64,000 nucleotides of DNA from Deltaproteobacteria bacterium (GTDB lineage Bacteria > Bdellovibrionota_B > Oligoflexia > Oligoflexales > Bog-1112): contig CANIBL010000001.1 of the NCBI GenBank assembly GCA_947466225.1, positions 20,720 to 84,719 on the forward strand, read 5' to 3'. Under the pieces are notes generated by a model. That model had not been told where the DNA came from, made no database searches, and saw only the letters and a list, made by a program, of their open reading frames with translations. The position numbers were made by a program, and so were the translations under genes. This document shows, in pieces, positions 36,035-44,288 of the stretch (position 1 is the first letter of the stretch; each line of letters starts with the position of its first letter).

Positions 36035-37249
36035 ATGAAAGTATACATGGTGTTTTGGGGGATATCTCTGCTTGCGATGGCTGCTTGCTCTAAAAGCAGC
36101 AGCGCCCCTCCCCTTGTATCTCCTGCTGCAGAGACTACCAATGCAGCACTCTCAGCTCCAAGCGTGAGTACAGCCTATGCCGCCAAGGTGGATACGGGCC
36201 CCCAATTGCAGGCGCGTATGGATGCCTATAAAGGGGCTTTGCCTAAATTTATGCATGCGTGCTTATTTAAGAATCAGGTAACCCAAGCCTTTGTCGATGC
36301 CATACGAGAAGCAGTTTCTGGCACCTCCGGCACCTGTGAGGACGCTGCCGGCAAATTGGATAATCAACCGATTCTACGACAAGAACTAAATAGCAAAGGA
36401 TTGACAGAAATTTCACTTCTGCAGGAGTTTACGTTTCTCAAAGAACTCAATCTTTCGGGCAATTCAATTGTGGATCTGTCTCCGTTGGCAGCGCTTACCC
36501 AACTGACGTATTTGGATGTAAGCAATAACGCAGTTGTGGACATTACCCCGCTTCAAAGTCTGGATCAGCTCACTGAATTGAATATGATCAACAACAAAAT
36601 TGTCATCTTAGATGCGTTGTATTCTCTTTCTAAGATTACGGTTCTTCGGATGAGTAGCAATTATATTTCCAATATATCCTCTGTACGAGGGATGACTGGA
36701 CTTATAGAGGCGGATTTTGCCAAAAATACCATTCAAAATCTGGACCCGTTGCAGAAGTTAACCTCGCTACAACGCTTGTATCTCGATGAGAACCACGTCA
36801 TTTCTGTGGCATCTCTTTCCGGGCTTACCCAACTGCAAGAGTTAACGCTGTCTCAATCTGAAACCTATTCTTCTTCTCTTGTGATTTCGACAGATACCGA
36901 TACTGGCATTGCCTCAACGCCACCAGCTCAGTATAAAATCAATACCATCTCTGCCTTAAGTGGGCTTACCAAACTGCAAAAACTTACGCTACGCAATAAC
37001 AATTTAGAAAATATCAATATAGTGGGAAAGATGCCCAATTTGATCACACTGGATGCCTCGAATAACAATCTCAGCATAGCCAGTTTTTTGCAAGAAAGTG
37101 AGGATGAAAGTACCTGCACCTGTTCGCTTGGGGCACTCAAAACCCTAGATTTAAGCGGAAATCGATTTTCGGACGTCGATATGTTGCGAGTTTGTGCGAC
37201 CTCCTTGCATATGAATTTCACGTATTCTCCGCAAGGGGGTCGGCATTAA
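36035..37249 (+). CDS. leucine-rich-repeat (internalin-like) lipoprotein
   Basis: Lipobox LAMAAC, followed by about 10 tandem 22-residue LRRs (LxxLxLSxNxIxDLSPLxxLTxLxx). Confidence 0.8.
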   Translation: MKVYMVFWGISLLAMAACSKSSSAPPLVSPAAETTNAALSAPSVSTAYAAKVDTGPQLQARMDAYKGALPKFMHACLFKNQVTQAFVDAIREAVSGTSGTCEDAAGKLDNQPILRQELNSKGLTEISLLQEFTFLKELNLSGNSIVDLSPLAALTQLTYLDVSNNAVVDITPLQSLDQLTELNMINNKIVILDALYSLSKITVLRMSSNYISNISSVRGMTGLIEADFAKNTIQNLDPLQKLTSLQRLYLDENHVISVASLSGLTQLQELTLSQSETYSSSLVISTDTDTGIASTPPAQYKINTISALSGLTKLQKLTLRNNNLENINIVGKMPNLITLDASNNNLSIASFLQESEDESTCTCSLGALKTLDLSGNRFSDVDMLRVCATSLHMNFTYSPQGGRH

Positions 37250-37441
37250 TTTAAGCGCATGCGAAACTGTTTGATTTGAAAAGGGTTCTTCACACAACGC
37301 CTTGTTATGACAGACTCAACCGCCACACTTTGTTCGACAGTCACATGCCAAAATCGAGGGCTTTGCTTTTTGAACATAAAGCGAGATTTGGGGTGTGCAT
37401 GTACAGATGGCTGTTATCGGGCCAGGTGTGAAGAAAGAAAA

Positions 37442-37663
37442 TTACTCGCCGTCGTCTTCTTCTTCATCCTCATCTTGGGTTTCCTCAGGCGAATACTCCT
37501 GATCTGGAATTGATTTTATCGCGGATTTTTGGGGCGTCTCCTCCTCCTCTTCTTCTTCCGTTTCTTCTTCTGCTGAAAACGCAATATCCTGTTCTGCTGC
37601 CAAAACCAAAAGACCAGACGCACAAGTAACAACGTATATTAGAGAGAAAAGCAGGGTTCGCAT
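37442..37663 (-). CDS. small secreted highly acidic protein (73 aa)
   Basis: AAGGAG lies 5 nt upstream. A signal peptide is followed by E/D-rich sequence (EEETEEEEEEE, DEDEEEDDGE). Confidence 0.5.
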   Translation of the reverse strand: MRTLLFSLIYVVTCASGLLVLAAEQDIAFSAEEETEEEEEEETPQKSAIKSIPDQEYSPEETQDEDEEEDDGE

Positions 37664-37770
37664 AAAAGCTCCTTATGGGCAAAAGGGAGAGACCTGTTTT
37701 GGCGAAGCATGGCAAAAATAGATAAGGTAGGCAAGGGATAGGATGTAATTAGCTAAAAAGGAAGGGATTT

Positions 37771-38295
37771 CTACAGAAGATTACAGGTTCTTTTGGTAGA
37801 GTCTAGATGAGCGCGCCAGTCGGATTGCTGATGGAGCAGGCTGTCATGATGGCCCAAAGGCGGATGCATTTCTGCGATCGCGCTACTCTCGTCCAATGGC
37901 TCTGCCAATACTTCAATAGCGACAGGTTGTTCTCCGAGGAGTTTTTGTGGTTCTTTTGAAGATAGCCAGTATGAGGTGAGTTCGGACAGCAGGTCACCTT
38001 GCTCTATTGTTGTGGTTTTTTTCACTATGTGAGGGGGAATTTCCGGAGCACGCTTTGTATAGACCACAAACCGAATTTCCCCCTCGATTTGAGTAAAGTA
38101 AAATACGCGCAGCAGCTGCAGATGAGCTACGCTAAGTGCTTTTTTACATTTCCCTTCTAATAGAGCAAGATTTAAGGGAGAATTAAGGTCGTCAATGTCG
38201 CGGGGTGTTATCGCTTTACGCTCAGCGCCATAGAGGCTGATGGTCAAAAAAAGCAGCCCGAGTTTGATCTGTGTCCATCGCATCCATACCGTCAT
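37771..38295 (-). CDS. hypothetical secreted protein (174 aa)
   Basis: GGAGG RBS and a signal peptide (LGLLFLTISLYGA). It lies immediately downstream of the SBP gene. Confidence 0.55.
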   Translation of the reverse strand: MTVWMRWTQIKLGLLFLTISLYGAERKAITPRDIDDLNSPLNLALLEGKCKKALSVAHLQLLRVFYFTQIEGEIRFVVYTKRAPEIPPHIVKKTTTIEQGDLLSELTSYWLSSKEPQKLLGEQPVAIEVLAEPLDESSAIAEMHPPLGHHDSLLHQQSDWRAHLDSTKRTCNLL

Positions 38296-38314
38296 ACCCT
38301 CACCTCCAGAAAAC

Positions 38315-39262
38315 TTAGGGATACAATTTCTTTGCCTGTTTTACCACGGCGTCTGTAAGGGAAATCCCGTAGTCCTTCTCATAGGTTCGATTAATATGCA
38401 GATCGCTTCCAACGGGTACCACTACAGGAATTTCTTGGGGCTTCTTCCCGGCTAAAAGTTGCAGCACAATTTCTGCTGTTTTTTCACCCAAGAGCATATG
38501 ATCGATGCCCAATCCAGCCAATGCACCTTTGGATACGCTATCTGTATCGCTGGCAAATAAGGGCTTGTGATGCTTGCGACAAAGGTTGATGACAACCCCA
38601 AGCGCACTGATCACGGTATTGTCCGTAGGCAGCAGTACAGCTTCTACTTCAGATAACAGTGCCTGTGTTGCTGCATATACCCCAGCTGAATTCACCGTAG
38701 TTTTGATGATGGGCGTCAACTGCAATGCCAGCGCTTCTTTCTGAAACTCTTGGGCAACCGCTACTGAGTTTGCTTCTCCTGCTGTATGCAACATACCCAC
38801 TTTTTTAACGCTTGGTATCATTTGTTGAATTAGCTGAATTTGCTGTCGTACTGGACTTTTGAGAACCACACCGGTGATGTTTTTTTCGGGTTTGTCGTAG
38901 GTTGTCAAAAATCCGGCTGCGATTGGATCATTAATGGCACTAAATACGATGGGTAGCGGTGTTTTGGTGGCAACGAGGTCTTGGGTCGACTGTGTGCTGA
39001 TGCCCACCAAGACTTCTGCGCCTTCCCCGAGCAATTGTCGGGCGATTTGTCGCGAAAGGGTGATATCACCATTTGCGTTGTGGTAGCGAATCGTTACTTG
39101 ATTTTGCAGCTGTTTCCGTAGCGTGGCTTCCAAGCTCGTACGAATGTCGGTCAAGGACGGATGTTCGACGATTTGAGAAATCCCCACGGTACGAACAGCA
39201 GGTGTTGCCTGGGAAACAACAGAGAAAAATAAGCTACTTACTAGCGTGATCCTTCGTTTCAT
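38315..39262 (-). CDS. ABC-transporter substrate-binding protein (ABC_sub_bind/PF04392-like)
   Basis: Signal peptide; VGISQIVEHPSLTDIR is a signature typical of this SBP family. No permease or ATPase genes are nearby. Confidence 0.72.
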   Translation of the reverse strand: MKRRITLVSSLFFSVVSQATPAVRTVGISQIVEHPSLTDIRTSLEATLRKQLQNQVTIRYHNANGDITLSRQIARQLLGEGAEVLVGISTQSTQDLVATKTPLPIVFSAINDPIAAGFLTTYDKPEKNITGVVLKSPVRQQIQLIQQMIPSVKKVGMLHTAGEANSVAVAQEFQKEALALQLTPIIKTTVNSAGVYAATQALLSEVEAVLLPTDNTVISALGVVINLCRKHHKPLFASDTDSVSKGALAGLGIDHMLLGEKTAEIVLQLLAGKKPQEIPVVVPVGSDLHINRTYEKDYGISLTDAVVKQAKKLYP

Positions 39263-39612
39263 GAGGCGGCTTTCTGAGAAAATTCATCAAAGGCACGTAA
39301 CGCATCAGCCGCATACATGAGAGATGGCCCGCCGCCCATATAAATTGCCATACCGAGAGTCTCTCCTACTTCAGCGCGTGTAGCCCCTAGTTTTACTAGT
39401 GTTTCTATGTGGAAGCCAATGCAGCCATCGCATCGAGTGGAAACCCCAATGGCGAGTGCTATGAGTTCTTTGGTCTTTTTATCAAGCCCTTGGGTTTTGG
39501 TTGCGGCTTGTGCCATCGCACTAAATCCCGACATTACGTCTGGGAGTTCCTTGCGTAGAATCCGTACATATTCGGAGATATCAGCGGTAATATCAGAATA
39601 GCGTTTTGCCAT
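39259..39612 (-). CDS. carboxymuconolactone decarboxylase / AhpD-family protein
   Basis: CxxC core RCDGCIGFH, 117 aa. It overlaps the SBP start by 4 nt. Confidence 0.85.
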   Translation of the reverse strand: MAKRYSDITADISEYVRILRKELPDVMSGFSAMAQAATKTQGLDKKTKELIALAIGVSTRCDGCIGFHIETLVKLGATRAEVGETLGMAIYMGGGPSLMYAADALRAFDEFSQKAAS

Positions 39613-39715
39613 GAAAAATCCCCTTCTGAGTCTGTTTGGTCATATCTGCTTCACTCTTGCGTCATGCCGAGGCCGAAGGCTGTATGGGCATCTCCCTCGA
39701 TCGCTGGGAATGACG

Positions 39716-39744
39716 CGCTTATGAAAGAATGACTTTCATAAGCG
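39716..39744. promoter_or_regulatory. perfect 12-bp inverted repeat with a 5-nt loop upstream of the ahpD-like operon
   Basis: cgcttatgaaag (39716-39727) and ctttcataagcg (39733-39744) are exact reverse complements. The repeat lies about 105 nt upstream of the minus-strand ATG at 39612. There is no U-tract. Confidence 0.4.
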
Positions 39745-40396
39745 TATAAAATGCTCCCTGTGGGTATACGTCGGTGTGGAATGTTTTTCAAGCATCCGTG
39801 TGTCTGCAGAAGGCAAAAGGGGGGGTGTCTATTTTTCCGTTATTTACGGCCTAGCGCTTCTACCTTACCGTGATTCAGCTTTACATGAAGCGCGAAAGAA
39901 GAGGGGGGACCGGATGAAAAACTACCAGACACTGATGCTCTTGGTCTGCTTTCTAACAGGGTCTTTTTCGTATGGGGGTTTTGATGCGAGACATTGTAGA
40001 AAATGATTTTTATCTTGCGGAGTTTCCAGAGGCCTTGGTTCAACTGTATATGGAGACACCCCAGTCCTTTATTTGCCGCAGACAGTACACGTACCGCTGG
40101 AGCAAGAGGCAGTTGGATGCCTTGGATGGTCTCTTAGATCAGTATGTGCATCTTATTACCAACAGAGCGATAGATACGGAAGATCTGTCAGATCGAATTT
40201 TAGCTTGCAGCTAAATTTTGCAGAAGCGGCTTTTTCAGATTCCTTGTATTGCAACTTTTCCAATGCCTATCTTGGACGACCTCTCTTACACTATCCGATT
40301 CAGTCTCTGGAAAAGATTCCCACATTCACAAAATTACCAACATAACCGCCCCCTGCTGCCATAGCGGCCTTTATTTCAAACACCCCTCTAACCCGG

Positions 40397-41650
40397 CTAT
40401 GAATAGGTTCGGCCTTTGATTTTATCCAAGGCTTCTGTTTCCAGGGGAGCCGTATCGGAGAAGTAGCCAGCGGTTTTTTTGGCTTCCATCTCGACCTGAG
40501 CATCGTCGGGAATGCGGTCTGCTGGAATGGGCACGCGCTCTTTCACCACAATGCCTGACTTTACAATGGCGTCGTACTTCATGTTGCTCATGGACACCAG
40601 CCGATCGATCTTTTGAATCCCAAGCCAGTGCAAGACGTCGGGCATAAGTTCTTGGAACCGCACATCTTGCACCCCGGCAACGCATTCGGTGCGGGCAAAG
40701 TACTTGGCTGCAGTGTCCCCCCCCTCTTGTCGTTTGCGTGCATTATAGACTAAGAACTTGGTAACTTCCCCTAAGGCACGCCCTTCCTTTCGGTTATATA
40801 CGATGACACCGGCACCGCCTTGCTGTGCTGACTCGATGCACACTTCGATCCCATGGATGAGATAGGGGCGGCAGGTGCAAATGTCAGAACCAAACACATC
40901 GGATCCATTACACTCGTCATGCACCCGCACGTTCAACGGATAAGAGGGATCTGGGATGGTTTGAGGATTCCCAAAGATATACACCGTGAGTCCTCCTATC
41001 GGAGGCAAGAAGACTTGCAAGTCAGGTCGCGTAATAAGCTCCGGATACATACCTGCCGTGTTTTCAAAAAGAATACGGCGTAGTTCACCCTCCTCACAGC
41101 CGAATCGCTCGGCGATGCCGGGGAGGTACCACACTGGCTCCAAGGCGGCTTTGGTCACGGTAGCCGCTCCATTTTCTGCCAAGACTTTTCCGTCGAAATG
41201 CAGGCGATTTTCCTTCATTGCCTCGTATATTTCCGGTAAATACACATGGGCCTTGGTGACGGCGATAGAGGGGCGAATATCGAGGCCTTGCTTCAAGAGC
41301 GGGGAAAATACGGTCTCAATGAGATGTCCAAACGGATCAAGTGACACGATTTGACCGGGACGTGACCACGATGGATACGGACCCACCACATCTGTTGGAG
41401 ATGTATTGGTAAAGTCAGGCTTATACTCTGATTTCAAGCTACCAGCTGCAATAGCCAACGCTCGGTAGACCGAGTAGGAGCCAGAATGGGTGCCAATACA
41501 GTTGCGAAGCTCCGGTTGGGTTACAGCCGCAATCACAGGACCTCGTTGTAGCGGATCGGCCTCCCCCCAATGAATGGGATAGGGAATCGGAGAATTCTTC
41601 TCTGGATGCGAGGTCAGCCGAATATGCTGTAGGTGCTTGCTTGGGCCCAT
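40397..41650 (-). CDS. GTP cyclohydrolase II-family protein, long URC1-like form (417 aa)
   Basis: RibA-type zinc motif C-x10-C-x-C (HDECNGSDVFGSDICTCRPY), followed by NRKEGRALGEVTKF. An N-terminal domain of ~250 aa is absent from canonical RibA. I moved the start to ATG 41650. Confidence 0.78.
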   Translation of the reverse strand: MGPSKHLQHIRLTSHPEKNSPIPYPIHWGEADPLQRGPVIAAVTQPELRNCIGTHSGSYSVYRALAIAAGSLKSEYKPDFTNTSPTDVVGPYPSWSRPGQIVSLDPFGHLIETVFSPLLKQGLDIRPSIAVTKAHVYLPEIYEAMKENRLHFDGKVLAENGAATVTKAALEPVWYLPGIAERFGCEEGELRRILFENTAGMYPELITRPDLQVFLPPIGGLTVYIFGNPQTIPDPSYPLNVRVHDECNGSDVFGSDICTCRPYLIHGIEVCIESAQQGGAGVIVYNRKEGRALGEVTKFLVYNARKRQEGGDTAAKYFARTECVAGVQDVRFQELMPDVLHWLGIQKIDRLVSMSNMKYDAIVKSGIVVKERVPIPADRIPDDAQVEMEAKKTAGYFSDTAPLETEALDKIKGRTYS

Positions 41651-41733
41651 GCGTATGCTCCATAGGTACAAAGTAGAAAAAGAAGATGGGGAATTTCCCT
41701 TTACTATACATAGGTCTATGCAGAGGGGGTAGT

Positions 41734-42357
41734 ATGAAAAAGCCATTTATGATTGCAGTAACAGGAGGATCCGGGTCTGGTAAAAGCACCGTGGTGGACT
41801 TGGTGCGCGCCTCCTGCCCGTCTATCCCCATCTTGGTTCTGACATTGGATCACTACTATAAGGACTGGTCCCATCTCTCACCGGAGCAACGCTCCAAGAT
41901 CAACTTTGATCATCCAGACTCTCTCGACTCTCATACCCTGTGCGCCCATATCCAACAGGTGGCCCGGGGGGAGCGCTTCTATCGACCCTCCTACGATTTC
42001 ACCTCTCACACTCGAAGTGAAGAGAAAGTCTTGGTGGAGGCGGCCCCCGTGGTGATTTTGGATGGAATTTTTAGCTTGTACTTTGAAGAGATTCGGTCGT
42101 TTTTTGATCTCAAAATCTACCTAGATGTACCCAGTGACGTGCGGTTCATTCGTCGGTTGCGAAGGGATATGGAGACTCGGGGTCGCACCATGGAAAGTGT
42201 GGTAGATCAGTATCTCTCCACTGTGCGTCCCATGCACACGCGATTCATTGAGCCCTGCAAGAGTTTTGCGGATCTTTTAATCTCATGGGAGCATCACAAT
42301 TCCACCACGATTGAAATGCTAGCCTCCATTATCCAGGAAAAGTCGCAGATGGCATAG
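41734..42357 (+). CDS. udk: uridine kinase
   Basis: P-loop VTGGSGSGKST, DHYYKD and NFDHPDSLD are present. I moved the start to ATG 41734 (AGGGGG upstream). Confidence 0.88.
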   Translation: MKKPFMIAVTGGSGSGKSTVVDLVRASCPSIPILVLTLDHYYKDWSHLSPEQRSKINFDHPDSLDSHTLCAHIQQVARGERFYRPSYDFTSHTRSEEKVLVEAAPVVILDGIFSLYFEEIRSFFDLKIYLDVPSDVRFIRRLRRDMETRGRTMESVVDQYLSTVRPMHTRFIEPCKSFADLLISWEHHNSTTIEMLASIIQEKSQMA

Positions 42358-43030
42358 AGTTGCAATACAAGTCTCGCCTTCTCTCTAAATCCGCACAAAT
42401 AGCTCGAATATAGTCAGTACCGGCAAGGGAGCGAAAGTTTTCGCAGTACTGATTGATATCCAAGACCTCTAGCGCCAAGGATACCTGTCGGAAGAATGCG
42501 GGGAATCGAGCGCCAGGTGGATACACGTGATGCAAGCCTCCGCTATAAGCTATCAAGGCTTTCTTGCCCCGAAATGCTTCGAGGGCTTCCACAACGCCGC
42601 CGCGTACGGTCATGGGTTTTCCGTCTTTATCTAGGCCATTTTTCCGCTTCATGCGGCCCTCCGCCATAAAGATAAGTGAGCTGCTTGGATCCAGTTGGGT
42701 AAGAAAATGCCGCCAGGAGTGATCTCGTTTCCGGGTAATCGAAACCACCTTGGGCGCCATAAAGCGAAAAAACGGTCCTAAGAAGGGTTTGCGCAAGGTT
42801 TCTTCTGCAGCAGGAAAGATGAGTGTCCGCGACAAGCGCCATAGGAGTCGATTGGGGAATACGCCAATAAAAATGTGCTCAAACAAGCTGGTATGATTCA
42901 GGAAGATGACCAACTGCACATTCTTCCAGTTTCGATCCGGTTGTTCGCTAAGCCAATGCAGTCGGACGGGATAGGCAACGCGACTCAGACCCTTGAGAAA
43001 GACAAAAAACAAAAAACGAAGAAAATTCAT
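42329..43030 (-). CDS. lysophospholipid (PlsC-family) acyltransferase
   Basis: Motif I variant is FLNHTSLFEH and the motif III-like segment is FMAEGRMKR. It overlaps the udk 3' end convergently by 29 nt. Confidence 0.68.
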   Translation of the reverse strand: MNFLRFLFFVFLKGLSRVAYPVRLHWLSEQPDRNWKNVQLVIFLNHTSLFEHIFIGVFPNRLLWRLSRTLIFPAAEETLRKPFLGPFFRFMAPKVVSITRKRDHSWRHFLTQLDPSSSLIFMAEGRMKRKNGLDKDGKPMTVRGGVVEALEAFRGKKALIAYSGGLHHVYPPGARFPAFFRQVSLALEVLDINQYCENFRSLAGTDYIRAICADLERRRDLYCNSMPSATFPG

Positions 43031-43092
43031 GCATGCTCCTCTATACCAGGGTTGACGAGAGTTGGTGCTTTTAGGTATACCAGGATACCCAC

Positions 43093-43168
43093 GCGGAAAT
43101 AGCTCAGTTGGTAGAGCGCCAGCTTCCCATGCTGGAAGTCGCGAGTTCGAGTCTCGTTTTCCGCTCCA
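43093..43168 (+). tRNA. tRNA-Gly (anticodon CCC), CCA encoded
   Basis: I folded the cloverleaf by hand. Acceptor gcggaaa/tttccgc, D arm gctc/gagc, anticodon arm ccagc-ttCCCat-gctgg, T arm gcgag-ttcgagt-ctcgt. Discriminator t is followed by cca. Confidence 0.92.
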
Positions 43169-43237
43169 GGTGGGAATTTTCAGACCCCCCTTCTATCACA
43201 TTTTCTCTCCAAACGAATATGATACCCTATTTCTAGG

Positions 43238-44152
43238 TTGTATTTTGGAGGGGCTGTGAATCGTACCACCATATTTTGGCTCAGTTTCTTGTTTATATTC
43301 GTCACTGCATGTCAAACAGAGACAGCGCAGCCTCCCTCTGCATTTGAACAAGGCAATGCATTTGCCCAAGCTGGGGCATTGCAAGAAGCAAAATCCGCCT
43401 ATGAAACCGCTCTACTTGCAGCACCAACTCATCTGGAGATTTATCGCCAGCTTGGAATCGTGGAATTTCAGCTGGGATTATATGCGGCAGCTAGAACACA
43501 TCTACACCATTGCATCTCGGGTAACCCGAAGGATGGGGAAGCAAGCTTCTTCATGGCAGAAATTCTGCGCAGTGAAGAGAGATACCTCGATGCCGCAGGC
43601 TTTTATCAAAAAACCTTGTCTGTACAGCCGCACCATCTTTTGGCGTTGCAAGCCTTAACCTGGTGTCAGCTTGAACTCCATCAGTATACAGCCGCCATGC
43701 ATACGATAAAAAAGGCGCAGCAGGTGAGTCCACACGATGTGCATAATACGTTGCTATTGGCTCATATTTGGATCGAGCAGCATCAAGAAGACAAGGCGTT
43801 GGTCATATTGAAAATGCCTCCCGCCTCTTTGTCTCCTGAACTTGAAGCCTTGTGGGAAAGTACCCGAGGTAAAGCACAGTTGGGGTTGAAAGAGAACCTG
43901 CCTGCATATCACTCGTTTCGCACTGCCTTGGAAAAATCTCCCTTATTGGCTTCTGCCTTATTGGGGATCGGCACCACGTATTTTCGATTTGGGCAAGTCG
44001 CAGAGGCCAAAGAGTATCTGGAGCTTGCGATTCATGTGAACCCCAAGCTCACAGAAGGGTATCGATTGCTGAGTATTTTGCTGGAAAATTCCCATCCAGC
44101 ACTGGCAAAGAAGTACCAAGAGATTTTTGTAAACCGAGTGCATTCAAGGTAA
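43238..44152 (+). CDS. TPR-repeat lipoprotein
   Basis: Lipobox IFVTAC, followed by multiple 34-residue TPR-like units (A..AY..AL...P......LG......G.Y..A). Confidence 0.72.
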   Translation: MYFGGAVNRTTIFWLSFLFIFVTACQTETAQPPSAFEQGNAFAQAGALQEAKSAYETALLAAPTHLEIYRQLGIVEFQLGLYAAARTHLHHCISGNPKDGEASFFMAEILRSEERYLDAAGFYQKTLSVQPHHLLALQALTWCQLELHQYTAAMHTIKKAQQVSPHDVHNTLLLAHIWIEQHQEDKALVILKMPPASLSPELEALWESTRGKAQLGLKENLPAYHSFRTALEKSPLLASALLGIGTTYFRFGQVAEAKEYLELAIHVNPKLTEGYRLLSILLENSHPALAKKYQEIFVNRVHSR

Positions 44153-44288
44153 GCCACAGAATTTTTTCTAAAATAATCTATCTTTCTTTTTATATTCAAT
44201 GGCTTAGACAAAATACTTGTTTTACTTTTGTTAAACTGCAACAGTGTGGCTTATTCAATCTACATATTGGTAAGACGGGGTTATAAAC

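Noticed and set aside
39914-40214. Possible frameshifted gene. A 30-codon ORF with a signal-like peptide (MKNYQTLMLLVCFLTGSFSYG..., 39914-40006, good GAGGGGGG RBS) overlaps, in another frame, an 80-aa ORF (39972-40214) across a G5 run.
   Set aside because: Fusing them needs a hypothetical 1-nt slip. Neither part has a recognisable motif. I cannot tell a pseudogene from chance ORFs without comparative data.
44150-44253. A 9-bp inverted repeat (taagccaca / tgtggctta) flanking the AT-rich spacer at the left edge of the island, considered as a terminal inverted repeat or att-like site.
   Set aside because: It is short, has no counterpart at the right edge (51240-51335), and no transposase is present. 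It more likely reflects local secondary structure or chance.
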